Positions 8,931 to 19,240 of a stretch of DNA of 55,543 nt are shown here, piece by piece. The stretch's first letter is position 1; each line of letters opens with the position of its first letter. The stretch spans positions 1 through 55,543 of IMG/VR virus record IMGVR_UViG_3300034044_000049. One strand, written 5' to 3'. A model generated the notes under the pieces. The model was given only the letters and a program-made list of their open reading frames with translations, had not been told where the DNA came from and ran no database searches. Made by a program: the position numbers and the translations under genes. The DNA is from a virus (lineage: Duplodnaviria > Caudoviricetes).

Positions 8931-10140
8931 ATACTCTAAATATGATTCGTACATTTTCTCTTTATTTAAAGAAGGGAAAAGTCTTGGTCAAATTTCTTAC
9001 AGAATAGCGAAGAAAGAGGGCAAGAAACATGCTTCTGGATCCATCAGAGAATATGTATCCAGAGTTATTAATTCAAATAATCAAATAGCTAAAGAACTAA
9101 CGGATAGAGGGATAGATAAAGATTCATGGGATATTGCGTGGATAAAAACAAAAGAAGGAAGTTATAGAATAAAGAAAGAATATATAGATTTTGAAAATAA
9201 TAAAGAATCCTTTTTACAGGATATTCAGAAATATGCTCCCTCCTTCGATACAGTAAAAAGAACCTCAGGAAGAAAAGAAGAGATATTAGTAATTGATTTA
9301 GCAGATCCTCATTTTGGAAAACTTTCCAAAAAAGAGGAAACTGGAGAGGATTATAATGTAGAGATAACCCGAATAGGATTGGAGCGAGGAGTAAAAATTT
9401 TACTTGATAAAGCATCTAAAGCAGCTGATTTAGAAAAGGTTATTGTAATCATTGGAAATGATGCTCTTCATTTTGACGGAAGTGATTTCAATACTACCAA
9501 TGGTACAAAACAAGACCCTTCTTCGTTATGGTGGGAAGTATATAATATAGCTTTTAAAAGCTACATAGATATATTATTGATGTGTAAAGAAGTTGCAGAT
9601 GTACATGTAATCTACTGTCCAAGTAACCACGACTATCATTTAGGATTCGGATTGGCTCACGGATTAAGTTCTTACTTTTCAAAAGATTCTCAAATAACTT
9701 TTGATGTATCTCCGCAGCACCGTAAATATCTATTATATGGCGTAAATTTGTTAGGATTTTCTCACGGGGATTATATAAAACCAAATCAAGTGCCTGATTT
9801 AATGAAAACTGAAGCTAAAAAAGCTTGGGCAATGGCTAAGTTTGGATATTATTATTTACATCATATTCATCATAAAGATAGACAGTCTGTAAAAAGTGGA
9901 AAAAGTTTATTATTAGAAAAAGATTATTCAGATGTAACTGTAATAAGTAATAAAGGAACTATAAATCCAGAAGACAGGGTTTATGTTGAATATATACGAA
10001 GTATTTCTGCGGCAGATAGTTGGCATTATAAAAGTGGATATGTAGGTAATATTAGAGCTGTGGAAGCATTTATACATCATTATAAGTACGGACAAACTGA
10101 TAGATTAACCTCAATATTTGAAATAGATGACACTAAATGA
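8923..10140 (+). CDS. Calcineurin-like metallophosphoesterase with N-terminal HTH-like region (405 aa)
   Basis: DPHFG, GNDALH, SNHD, SHGD and HHIHH metal-binding motifs in canonical order. Confidence 0.85.
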   Translation: MSKYSKYDSYIFSLFKEGKSLGQISYRIAKKEGKKHASGSIREYVSRVINSNNQIAKELTDRGIDKDSWDIAWIKTKEGSYRIKKEYIDFENNKESFLQDIQKYAPSFDTVKRTSGRKEEILVIDLADPHFGKLSKKEETGEDYNVEITRIGLERGVKILLDKASKAADLEKVIVIIGNDALHFDGSDFNTTNGTKQDPSSLWWEVYNIAFKSYIDILLMCKEVADVHVIYCPSNHDYHLGFGLAHGLSSYFSKDSQITFDVSPQHRKYLLYGVNLLGFSHGDYIKPNQVPDLMKTEAKKAWAMAKFGYYYLHHIHHKDRQSVKSGKSLLLEKDYSDVTVISNKGTINPEDRVYVEYIRSISAADSWHYKSGYVGNIRAVEAFIHHYKYGQTDRLTSIFEIDDTK

Positions 10141-10816
10141 ATTAACATATATTATTCTAAATAAACTTCAACCTTATTTAGGAAAGGATAGTGAGATTTC
10201 TTTACGAGAAATAGAGAAGGAAATAGCTATCCAAAGAAGTTTACTTATTAGAAATGAGCTAAACAAAAAAAGGACAATAGATCCAAATATTGTCCAAGAT
10301 TTGGGTTGTTTAGAATTGGAAGAAACTGATTCCTCATTATGTTGTAATATAGGTACAGGATGTACTATTTTACAAACAAAAGAGGATATACCAAAAACAA
10401 TAGAGCTTCATTATATGCCTTCTATTACAAGAGTAGGACCTGTTGATAGAAGAGATATTAAATATACTCTTGTATCGTGGGATAGAGCTGCTGTTGTAGG
10501 GACAAATAAATACACTAAAAACTTAGAATATGCAGTGTACGATAATAATAAGATTTATGTTATAACTAATAACAATCTATTATCATATATTAATGTAAGA
10601 GGAGTGTTTGAGGATCCAAAAGAAGTAGCTAAGTTTAAAAAATGTGATACAGGAAAACCTTGTTTTTCACCTGACGACCCTTATCCATTAAATCAATGGA
10701 TGTTTGCTTATATAGAAGATATAGTGTTAAAGAAATTTAGCATGATGTTAAATATGCCTATGGACACACAGACAGATGGAATAGACACTAAAAATAATAA
10801 TGTACAAGATCAATAG
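10127..10816 (+). CDS. crAss-like tail ring/structural protein (229 aa)
   Basis: 'VRGVFEDP' and 'DDPYPL' motifs and position upstream of the IHF-like, tail-tube and muzzle genes match Crassvirales gene order. Confidence 0.65.
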   Translation: MTLNELTYIILNKLQPYLGKDSEISLREIEKEIAIQRSLLIRNELNKKRTIDPNIVQDLGCLELEETDSSLCCNIGTGCTILQTKEDIPKTIELHYMPSITRVGPVDRRDIKYTLVSWDRAAVVGTNKYTKNLEYAVYDNNKIYVITNNNLLSYINVRGVFEDPKEVAKFKKCDTGKPCFSPDDPYPLNQWMFAYIEDIVLKKFSMMLNMPMDTQTDGIDTKNNNVQDQ

Positions 10817-10818
10817 CT

Positions 10819-11307
10819 ATGGAGAAGATAAATAAATACGGGATTACTGATATTTATAAAGATTATAAAAAGGATGGAGGAAAAGTTGATAAAAAGACTT
10901 TTAGAAAAGTCTTAAACAGTATTAATAAAGCTCTTTTTCATCTTATCTTATATGAAGGCTTTGATTTTAAAATACCTTATAGATTAGGTAATTTTGTTAT
11001 ATATTTAAAAAAGAACATCCCTAAATTAGATGAAAATGGGAATTTAAAGAAAAATTCTTTGCCAGTAAATTGGAAAGAAACTTTGCAACTATGGGAAGAA
11101 AACGAAGAAGCTCGAAGAGAAAAAAAATTGATTTATTATACCAATAAATATATTGGGAAGTTATATTGGGATAAAAGAACTTGTATGGTTAAAAATCAGC
11201 GGTTTTTTGATTTTAGATTAATGAAACAAAACAGAAGTAAAATGGCAGAATTTTTAAGAGAAATGAAAACAGTTATTTATTACGAATATCCTTATACTTA
11301 TGAATAA
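10819..11307 (+). CDS. IHF/HU-like DNA-binding protein of crAss-like phages (162 aa)
   Basis: Basic; 'FKIPYRLGNFVI' HU-like strand-turn and 'PVNWKETLQLW'; sits between ring genes. Confidence 0.6.
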   Translation: MEKINKYGITDIYKDYKKDGGKVDKKTFRKVLNSINKALFHLILYEGFDFKIPYRLGNFVIYLKKNIPKLDENGNLKKNSLPVNWKETLQLWEENEEARREKKLIYYTNKYIGKLYWDKRTCMVKNQRFFDFRLMKQNRSKMAEFLREMKTVIYYEYPYTYE

Positions 11308-12028
11308 ACATGGCTACATATCAATAAAACAGATATTAGATAAAATCTATAGAGAATTTCCATTTGAGAGAGATATAGATTTTGATTCTGTAGTTTATTG
11401 GACAGGAGAAGCTTTAGAGTTAATAGGAGCCCCTGCTTTACTACGAGAATTTATTACAGATGGAAATGATTTACCTGTTATAGAAATAAAGAATAACAGA
11501 GGGATATTACCTTGTAGTATTGTACACTTAAAGTCTGCCTTTAGAAAGGTAGGAAATGACTTAATCCCTATGATAAGTTCTACTGATACTGCGTTTATTG
11601 GAAAAGAACAACAAAAGGTAGGAGGAAATAACATATATAAAATAACTAATGGATTTATTCATACCTCTTTTGAAACTGGAGAAGTAGTACTTGTGGGTAC
11701 CACAATAAATACAGATGAAGAAGGATTGCCTCTAATTCCAGATAACGTTAAAGTTATTAATATGGTTACTTCTTATATCATGGAGAGGATAGGGTTTAAA
11801 TTATTAATGTTGGGTAAAATAGATGGGGGAAGATATAGTCTTCTACAGCAAGAAAGAGCTTGGTATGCAGGAGCAGCAGATAGTGCAATGAGACTCCCTA
11901 ATTATGACGAATACGAATCTTGGATGAATAATGTTCATAGATTATTATTGGATAATTACCAGCATTCCAATAGATTTATATCTTCAAATACTAAAGAACA
12001 GATAAAACGAAGTGATGAAAGACCTTAA
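11300..12028 (+). CDS. Tail tubular/ring protein (242 aa)
   Basis: 'EALELIG' and 'DEEGLPLIPD' motifs; directly precedes the muzzle gene as in crAss-like phages. Confidence 0.7.
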   Translation: MNKHGYISIKQILDKIYREFPFERDIDFDSVVYWTGEALELIGAPALLREFITDGNDLPVIEIKNNRGILPCSIVHLKSAFRKVGNDLIPMISSTDTAFIGKEQQKVGGNNIYKITNGFIHTSFETGEVVLVGTTINTDEEGLPLIPDNVKVINMVTSYIMERIGFKLLMLGKIDGGRYSLLQQERAWYAGAADSAMRLPNYDEYESWMNNVHRLLLDNYQHSNRFISSNTKEQIKRSDERP

Positions 12029-15000
12029 TCAGTTTATATCAGGAATTAAAAAAGATAATAGTTACGACTATTCTAAAAACGATGCACTTTATCATAGTGT
12101 TAATTTTGCTATTGCCGAAAAAGATAAAGAGCAAATGGGGGCATTATATTCCATTAAAGGGAATAAATTATTATTTTCTATTCCGTCAGTTCCTCCAGTA
12201 TATCAGGCTATTTTAGAACAAGAAGGTCCTTATTCTTTATCAATAACTTATCAAAACAATTCAGTTACCATTTCGGGAACTACAAAAGACGAATTTATTT
12301 CCAACTTGGAATCTTTTGTAGAAAATAAAGAAATATATGTCTTATATGATGCCCCCATTATCAGAATATTATCTTATAATGATGAAATAAGTTTTGTAGG
12401 GGGAGTATCTAATATTACTTCTTCTGTTTATATTCCTAAACAAAATCAGCTGAAAATAATTGGAGGGAAAAGTTCTGATAATTATATAGTGGTATTTACT
12501 ACTAATAGTGATTCTGATACTCCGACAGGAGCAGGTCAAATATGGTTACTAAAATATGATAGTGAACAAGAAACTATTGAAGGACTTAATGGAACTTCTT
12601 TGGATATAAAGACTCATCTTGTTCATACAAGCTTAATGAATCTTAGTACTCGTTATCCTATTGGAAATGAGATAGTATTGAGAAATGAAGGAGATATTAC
12701 TTTAGGATGTTATTTCACAGATAATTATAATGAATTCAGATCACTTAATTTATTAGATGATACTGTCTTATTGAAAGATGCTTCCTCTTTAGGATTAAGT
12801 GAAGATGTATCATTATCTCAACCAATTATAGAAGAAATAAGTAATGGAGGAGTTTTAGAGGAAGGAAAGTCTTATCAATTCTTTTATAGACTTTTTGATA
12901 CTTCTGGAAAATTTTCATCATTTTCTCCAGGTTCTGCAATTATACCTATTCCATCTTATGATGAGGGAACCGCTTATCCTTCTACTTCTGGTAGAAATCC
13001 AGCAACAGGACTAAGAAATAAAGCTATAACAATAAATATACCAGATATTGATACAAGTTTTGATACTATAGAAGTAGTTGCTGTAAAATATCATTCTTCT
13101 TCAAACTTTACCGTTTATAAGTTTTATGAAGCTAATATAGACTCTGATGAAAGTATAAGAGTAACTCATACAGGAAATGAAGATTTAATTCCTATAGATG
13201 CTAAAGAAATCACGGCTTTAAGTACTCCTTTTACGGTATGTAAGACTATTACTACAAGAAAAGGAAGACTCTTAGCAGCAAATACTCGTTCTAAAAATTT
13301 TGATATAGATTTTGATGCTCGTGCCTACAGGTTCAACTCTGCAAGAATATGTAAGATATATAAAAAGGATTTAGTAACCGTTGAAAGTACTATTAATGGA
13401 AGTAATCCTGTTTATCCTACTGACAAAGAATTAGATGCAGTTAATATTTTTAACTTAGAGCATTTACCTACCTGGGCAAGTTCAGGACCTGATGCTTATA
13501 AATATCAAGCAGATGGAGTAACTTTAGGAGGACAAGGTCCTAATGTATCTTATAAATTTGTATCTGCTCCTATAAGAAACAGAGAACAATTGATAAATAT
13601 TGATTCCACTGGAGCATATTCTGTTACACAAGTAAATGATTCTGGGAACTATAACTTAAATGGAATTTCAATTAATGCTGCAGGGTATCCTCAAAACTAC
13701 AAGAATCCATTTCTTTGTGCATACTTTACGGGATTGATGGGAGGTGAAGTTTATAGGATGGGAATTTCTTTTACCGATAAAAAAGGAAATAAATCATTTG
13801 TTAAGTGGATTGGAGATATTAAAATTCCAGAAAGATATGAAACTGATAAAAATGGAAACTTACTATTAATAGATGTAGGTAACGCGGGAAGAGCTATAGG
13901 TATAGAATTTAGTATAGATATTTCGTCCATTAAAACAGAAATACAAGGATTTGAAATAGTATATGTAAGGAGAACCCCCTCTAATCGTACCCGTTTAGGA
14001 AGTGGTCCTATTAGTCACATGTCTTATGGATTTACTAACGTAGTTCCTTCAAATAAAAATACAGGAGTTTCTGAAGATAATAATACTTTAGTAACTACTG
14101 GATATATTGGGGCTCCAAATAACTTGTATTCTGGGCAAAGAAACAATCTTATATTCTTAAGTACTCTTGGGTATCCAGATGATAGGATTTCTGTAAAAAC
14201 TGGAGATAGATTAAAGAAAATACAGCAATGTAACGCTACTTTAGTAGGAACTTCTATTCCTTTAAATAATGCTTCATTATTAGATACTGAATGGGTTCAA
14301 GATGTTCAAATATACGGAACCTCCTCTCTTGGTGGGGATACCTATATGAATATTAAAAGAGGGGTGGTTTTAGGACCAGATGAACAAGTATCTGAAGGAG
14401 GATATTCTATAGAAAATAGGTTTGCAGCTTATAGAGATTCTAATGGTACCTTAAAGTCTAAACCAGGGATTGGAGGCTATAACTTATGGCTTAATCTTAA
14501 TAGTATTGATAATACTTTTTATGGAAATGCTGCTCAACCAGGAGTAATTGCCTCTTATGTAAGGCAAGTAGAAAATCAATATGGAGGATTATCTTATGAG
14601 GCAAGAAGTAAAAATCAATATGTATCTACCAATTGGTGGGTTAAAGTAGATTTAGATTCTCCTAACACAATAACTTTTAATTGTTTTGGATTTGACACTT
14701 ATATTGGAATTTTAGCTCATCATACTATTTGGTTAAATTCTGAAAACCGTTCTGGAAATAATTTAGAAAAAGGAAAATGTTCTGTTGCAAGTATTGTTCC
14801 AGTAGAGAGTTGTGTTAATTTTATGATGAGAGAAGGAAATCCAGAAAGTAATACTTATTATGATAATGAATACTATAAGGAGGCTTTAAATAATTCTACT
14901 GGAAAGGGAGCTTTTGATGCTTTACTTTATTTTTCTAATCTGTCCAAAAGAAATATTCCTACTGGAATTAGAAACAGATATAATCTCTATCCATTTTTTG

Positions 15001-16202
15001 CAAAAGATTTTTTAAGCAAGACTACAGAATTACATCCTCATAGAATTTGGGTATCTGAAAATAAATTAGATGGAGAGCTTATAGATAATTGGAGGAATTT
15101 TAACTTCAACGATTATATAGAAGTTGATGGAAACTATGGGGAAATAAATGCCATAAGAACTGTCAATGATAATGTAATTTACCTACAAAGACAGGCAGTA
15201 GGAAGAGCCTTTATTTCTCCTCAAACTATGATTCCTGACTCTTCTTCTACTGAAATTGTTACAGGTACAGGAGATGTATTAGCAGGGTATCAATATCTCT
15301 CTACTAACTATGGAACTCTACATAAATTTTCTGTAGTAGAAGGAAGTACAGGATTGCACTTTATAGATGCTCTTAATAAGAAATGGTGTGTTTTCAATGG
15401 AAAGATATTTGCAGTAAGTGATAACTTATTTTTCTCTACTGATATTAGAGAGATATTAACCTCCAATATCATTGAGACAGAGAATCCTCTTCAGGGAGTT
15501 GGGATTTATGGTACTTATGATTTAGAGTATAATAGAGTTCACATGACTTTCTTGGGAAGTAAAAACAATAAATTTGTATTCCATAGAGAGACTATTACTG
15601 ATACGGCACAAGACGATGTGCCTATAGGAAATGCAAAACTAATTTCTTCAGAAGAGGAATCAAAAGAGGTTCCAGAACATTATACTTTGGTATTTAATGA
15701 ACAACTTAATGCTTTAGAGTATTATAAATCTGGAAGTCCTCATATATACATTCCTGTTAATGGAACTTTTATATCAGCTAACAACTCTTTAAATTCAATG
15801 TATTTAGAATACAAAGGAGATATAGGTAACTTCTTTGGTACTTACTATAATTCATTAGCGATATTAAAGTTCTCTCCAAAATTAAATACAACATTAGTTT
15901 ATGACACTATTTCTTATAAGAATGAAGTATTTGAAAATGGGACACTAATTAATAATGTTACATTTGATAAAATAAAAGTATGGAATGAATACCAAAATTC
16001 GGGATTAATTCCTTTGGTTTATATGGGTAATGTAAAAAGGAAAATGAGGGGACTTTATATTAATATCCCCAGAGATAGTGCTGCATACAGCCCAAGAATA
16101 AGAGGACCTTATGCTATGATATTATTGAGCTATTTAAATAATAATAATAGGGAGTTTATATTCCATCCTCCCACTATTAGTTATAGAATATCACAGGCAT
16201 AA
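12012..16202 (+). CDS. Tail stabilisation / muzzle protein (1396 aa)
   Basis: Large beta-rich protein with 'YFTDNYN', 'GEVYRMGISF' and 'NQYGGLSYEAR' motifs; conserved position before the cargo genes. Confidence 0.75.
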   Translation: MMKDLNQFISGIKKDNSYDYSKNDALYHSVNFAIAEKDKEQMGALYSIKGNKLLFSIPSVPPVYQAILEQEGPYSLSITYQNNSVTISGTTKDEFISNLESFVENKEIYVLYDAPIIRILSYNDEISFVGGVSNITSSVYIPKQNQLKIIGGKSSDNYIVVFTTNSDSDTPTGAGQIWLLKYDSEQETIEGLNGTSLDIKTHLVHTSLMNLSTRYPIGNEIVLRNEGDITLGCYFTDNYNEFRSLNLLDDTVLLKDASSLGLSEDVSLSQPIIEEISNGGVLEEGKSYQFFYRLFDTSGKFSSFSPGSAIIPIPSYDEGTAYPSTSGRNPATGLRNKAITINIPDIDTSFDTIEVVAVKYHSSSNFTVYKFYEANIDSDESIRVTHTGNEDLIPIDAKEITALSTPFTVCKTITTRKGRLLAANTRSKNFDIDFDARAYRFNSARICKIYKKDLVTVESTINGSNPVYPTDKELDAVNIFNLEHLPTWASSGPDAYKYQADGVTLGGQGPNVSYKFVSAPIRNREQLINIDSTGAYSVTQVNDSGNYNLNGISINAAGYPQNYKNPFLCAYFTGLMGGEVYRMGISFTDKKGNKSFVKWIGDIKIPERYETDKNGNLLLIDVGNAGRAIGIEFSIDISSIKTEIQGFEIVYVRRTPSNRTRLGSGPISHMSYGFTNVVPSNKNTGVSEDNNTLVTTGYIGAPNNLYSGQRNNLIFLSTLGYPDDRISVKTGDRLKKIQQCNATLVGTSIPLNNASLLDTEWVQDVQIYGTSSLGGDTYMNIKRGVVLGPDEQVSEGGYSIENRFAAYRDSNGTLKSKPGIGGYNLWLNLNSIDNTFYGNAAQPGVIASYVRQVENQYGGLSYEARSKNQYVSTNWWVKVDLDSPNTITFNCFGFDTYIGILAHHTIWLNSENRSGNNLEKGKCSVASIVPVESCVNFMMREGNPESNTYYDNEYYKEALNNSTGKGAFDALLYFSNLSKRNIPTGIRNRYNLYPFFAKDFLSKTTELHPHRIWVSENKLDGELIDNWRNFNFNDYIEVDGNYGEINAIRTVNDNVIYLQRQAVGRAFISPQTMIPDSSSTEIVTGTGDVLAGYQYLSTNYGTLHKFSVVEGSTGLHFIDALNKKWCVFNGKIFAVSDNLFFSTDIREILTSNIIETENPLQGVGIYGTYDLEYNRVHMTFLGSKNNKFVFHRETITDTAQDDVPIGNAKLISSEEESKEVPEHYTLVFNEQLNALEYYKSGSPHIYIPVNGTFISANNSLNSMYLEYKGDIGNFFGTYYNSLAILKFSPKLNTTLVYDTISYKNEVFENGTLINNVTFDKIKVWNEYQNSGLIPLVYMGNVKRKMRGLYINIPRDSAAYSPRIRGPYAMILLSYLNNNNREFIFHPPTISYRISQA

Positions 16203-16261
16203 TGAAATCCTATAATAACTAATTGTATTTTTGATATTAAACTTTAATTATTTTTATAATT

Positions 16262-19219
16262 ATGAAAGATTTAAATAAGATAGTAAAAGAATTACAGTCT
16301 TTAAATGAAAAAGTAAATATGCTTCTCTCAAAAGAATCTTCAGAAAAAGAAAGAGAGGAAAAATCTATGGGAGGTAATATTGCTGCAGGAGCTGCTCAAG
16401 GAGCTATGTCAGGTGCCGCTATAGCTCCTCCTTTTGGTGCTATAGCAGGAGCAGTAGCAGGAGGAACTGTCGGGTATTTTAAAGGAAAAGCTGAGAAAGA
16501 AGCTAATAATGTAGCAAAAGAAGAAGCTCTTCAGAATAAAATAGCACAAATGAATGCAGAGGAAGGTCAAGGAAATGTTTCAACAAATGATTTAGAAAAT
16601 ATGCAAAATAAAGCTAATGCCTCAGAAAGAACAGCTATGAATGCTGATATGTTATTCCAATTGGCTCAATTGGGAGCAAGTTATTATAATCCTTCAAAAA
16701 CTACAAAAGCAGAAGGAGGAGCTTTAGAACCAGAAGAAGTTACTTCTTTTAAAGGGGAAAGACATGAAAATGGGGGAACCCCTTTACAAAATAGTAATGT
16801 AGAAGTAGAAAAAGGGGAAACTGCTTATAATGAATTTGTATTTTCAGATAGAATAAAAATTCCAGGGAAAAATATAACTTTTGCTAAAGAAAGTGAAAGG
16901 ATAAAAAAACAATACGGACAGAGAAAGGAGGATAAGTATGATAAAGAAGCTATGGAAATAGAATTAAGTAGATTAGCTACTCTACAAGAAATGATTAAAG
17001 AATATTCCCCTAAATACCAAAAATACCATAAGGGAGTACAAATGGCAGAAGGAGGGACTCTTAAAGCTACTCCAGAGATGTCTGTAGATATTATAAAAGA
17101 ATCTATTAACAGAGGAATTTCTTCTGAAGATTTCCTCAAAGAGATTTTCGAAGATAAATTGAAAATGGAGATTGGAGGAGAGTTAGCTGAATACTATGCT
17201 ATGGGAGGTAAGATAAGAATAAAGCCTTCTAAAAGGGGAACTTTTACAGCTGCTGCCACAAAACATAATATGGGAGTGCAGGAGTTTGCAAATTATGTTC
17301 TATCTCATAAAGATAAATTCAGCCCATTAATGGTTAAAAAAGCAGTCTTTGCTAAAAATGCTAAGAAATGGCATAAAGCTTTAGGAGGTCCTGTAGATGG
17401 GGATGTGGATAATAATGATAAGAATGATGATAACACTCAGACACAACAACCTCAACAACCTCAACAACCTAACCCATCTACCCCTCAACCAATGAGTTAC
17501 GACTTGCCAGAAAATTTAACTTTAGAGGACATTCTTAATAAGGTAGTATCTTTAGATCCTACCCTTAAAGGAAAGAAACTTCAAATAAAGGATAATAAAT
17601 TATTAGCAAATGGTCAGGACTATATAGCAGATGTTAATGATCCACAATCCCTTTTGTCTGAACTTAAAAAGATAGGAGGAGAAAAAATAAATAAGTATAA
17701 CGTACCTACTTTATTTAAGATAGCTACAAAAGTTCCCCAACAAAATAATTCTTCTACAGAATTTACTCCTGAATATATTCCCGAGGATTTATATAAACAA
17801 ACATACCAACTAAATGAATATAGCACAGAAGTGTATCCTTCTTTAGAGAACATTCCCTATACTAATCTTACAACTGATGATGGGAAAACATTGAGAGTAT
17901 TACCTACTCCTATAAAGGAAAAGATTCATCAAGCAGATCAAGAAAGAAAAGCTATGAGAGAACAAATAGCAAAAGCTTATGGATTTAATTCTCCCGCCGA
18001 TATTCCTGAAGATTTCTATATTGAACCTCAGGATTTTGTTGAGAAGATGGGTAAAGAATTTGCTGATAAATATTATAATACTGTAGGATTTCTTAATACT
18101 GCACACGATACAGTGTTTTCAAATAGTCGTCGTACTTTTGGGGATATTGAAGGTAAATTACCTCTAAGAGAACAAAAATTAGGGAAGAGACATTTGAAAT
18201 ATTATCCTATGGGGGATTTATATAAAGCTGATTATGATATTGAAAAAGCTAAAGAATATGAAAAGAAAGTAACAGAATTACTTCAACAAAGAATGCAGGA
18301 GCAAGAACAAGCTCAACAACAGACAGTTCCTCAAGAAAAAACCCAGTTTCAGCATGGAGGAAATCTTTTTACAAATGATACTCCAGAGTCAACAGTACAG
18401 TCAGTTGTTGAGGAAGCAAATATACCTACTACTCAAAAACATCCTTTTATCCAACAATTGGAAGAAGCTGCTCAGAGGTTAAATAGTGCAGACTATGCAA
18501 ACTATACTACTGCTCCTGATATATCTACTTCTGAAGAAACTGTTTCTCAAACTACAGGGCAACCTGTTATTTCGGAAGATAATTCTAATCCTACTACAGC
18601 AGGAGGTCCCGAAGTAGGTACAAATTGGAAAGATGCTTTAGGACGAAACATTGGAAACTTATATATGATAGGAACAGCTTTACAAGGAGCGGAAACAGTT
18701 ACTCCTAATAAAATTACTCCTGAATTAGTAGATGCAAAAGCTCAAATGGATGCAGTAAGAAGAACATTTGATGAAAGCGGATTAATAAATAGAGAGAATA
18801 TCCGAAGAAATGCTACTACTTCAGGACAAGCATTGGCTAATTTGAATGCCACTACTACAGATTTAGCAACCAAAGAGTCTTCTATTTTACAAGGAATTCA
18901 AGCACAAGTAGATGCTCAAAATGCTCAAATAAGAAATAATGCTCAAATGTTTAATACACAGGTAGAAACTGCTGCTCAACAAATGACAGCTCAAAATAAA
19001 GCAGCTCAGTTTAATAATTTAAGTGCAGCCTTAAGTACCATTGGTAAAAATCTAATGCAACAAAAATTAGATAATAAAAAAGCATTACGTGATGAAGAAG
19101 TCTTATCTTTACTACGATCTGGAAATGTAAAGCTAAAAACAGATCCTAAAACTGGAGAGAGAATAGTTATTTGGATAAACCCTAATACAGGAGAAGAGCA
19201 AGTAATTAGTGGACAATAA
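16262..19219 (+). CDS. Virion cargo/ejection protein (985 aa)
   Basis: N-terminal Gly/Ala zipper TM-like segment, GERHENGG..EVEKGE motif, Gln/Asn/Ala-rich C-terminal coiled coil (AQ repeats). Confidence 0.7.
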   Translation: MKDLNKIVKELQSLNEKVNMLLSKESSEKEREEKSMGGNIAAGAAQGAMSGAAIAPPFGAIAGAVAGGTVGYFKGKAEKEANNVAKEEALQNKIAQMNAEEGQGNVSTNDLENMQNKANASERTAMNADMLFQLAQLGASYYNPSKTTKAEGGALEPEEVTSFKGERHENGGTPLQNSNVEVEKGETAYNEFVFSDRIKIPGKNITFAKESERIKKQYGQRKEDKYDKEAMEIELSRLATLQEMIKEYSPKYQKYHKGVQMAEGGTLKATPEMSVDIIKESINRGISSEDFLKEIFEDKLKMEIGGELAEYYAMGGKIRIKPSKRGTFTAAATKHNMGVQEFANYVLSHKDKFSPLMVKKAVFAKNAKKWHKALGGPVDGDVDNNDKNDDNTQTQQPQQPQQPNPSTPQPMSYDLPENLTLEDILNKVVSLDPTLKGKKLQIKDNKLLANGQDYIADVNDPQSLLSELKKIGGEKINKYNVPTLFKIATKVPQQNNSSTEFTPEYIPEDLYKQTYQLNEYSTEVYPSLENIPYTNLTTDDGKTLRVLPTPIKEKIHQADQERKAMREQIAKAYGFNSPADIPEDFYIEPQDFVEKMGKEFADKYYNTVGFLNTAHDTVFSNSRRTFGDIEGKLPLREQKLGKRHLKYYPMGDLYKADYDIEKAKEYEKKVTELLQQRMQEQEQAQQQTVPQEKTQFQHGGNLFTNDTPESTVQSVVEEANIPTTQKHPFIQQLEEAAQRLNSADYANYTTAPDISTSEETVSQTTGQPVISEDNSNPTTAGGPEVGTNWKDALGRNIGNLYMIGTALQGAETVTPNKITPELVDAKAQMDAVRRTFDESGLINRENIRRNATTSGQALANLNATTTDLATKESSILQGIQAQVDAQNAQIRNNAQMFNTQVETAAQQMTAQNKAAQFNNLSAALSTIGKNLMQQKLDNKKALRDEEVLSLLRSGNVKLKTDPKTGERIVIWINPNTGEEQVISGQ
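17444..17470 (+). repeat. In-frame tandem repeat (CAACAACCT)x3 encoding QQP-QQP-QQP
   Basis: Three perfect 9-bp copies read directly from the sequence. Confidence 0.9.
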
Positions 19220-19240
19220 TCTTATAATAAAATTAACCTT

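Noticed and set aside
16203-16261. TATTTTTG (16226-16233) as a Bacteroidota -7 promoter element before the cargo genes
   Set aside because: It matches TAnnTTTG but has no -33 TTTG at the expected spacing, and such matches are frequent in AT-rich DNA.
17444-17470. 9-bp tandem repeat as a phase-variation or CRISPR-like element
   Set aside because: Only three in-frame copies in a low-complexity linker; no spacers, and copy-number change would not shift the frame.
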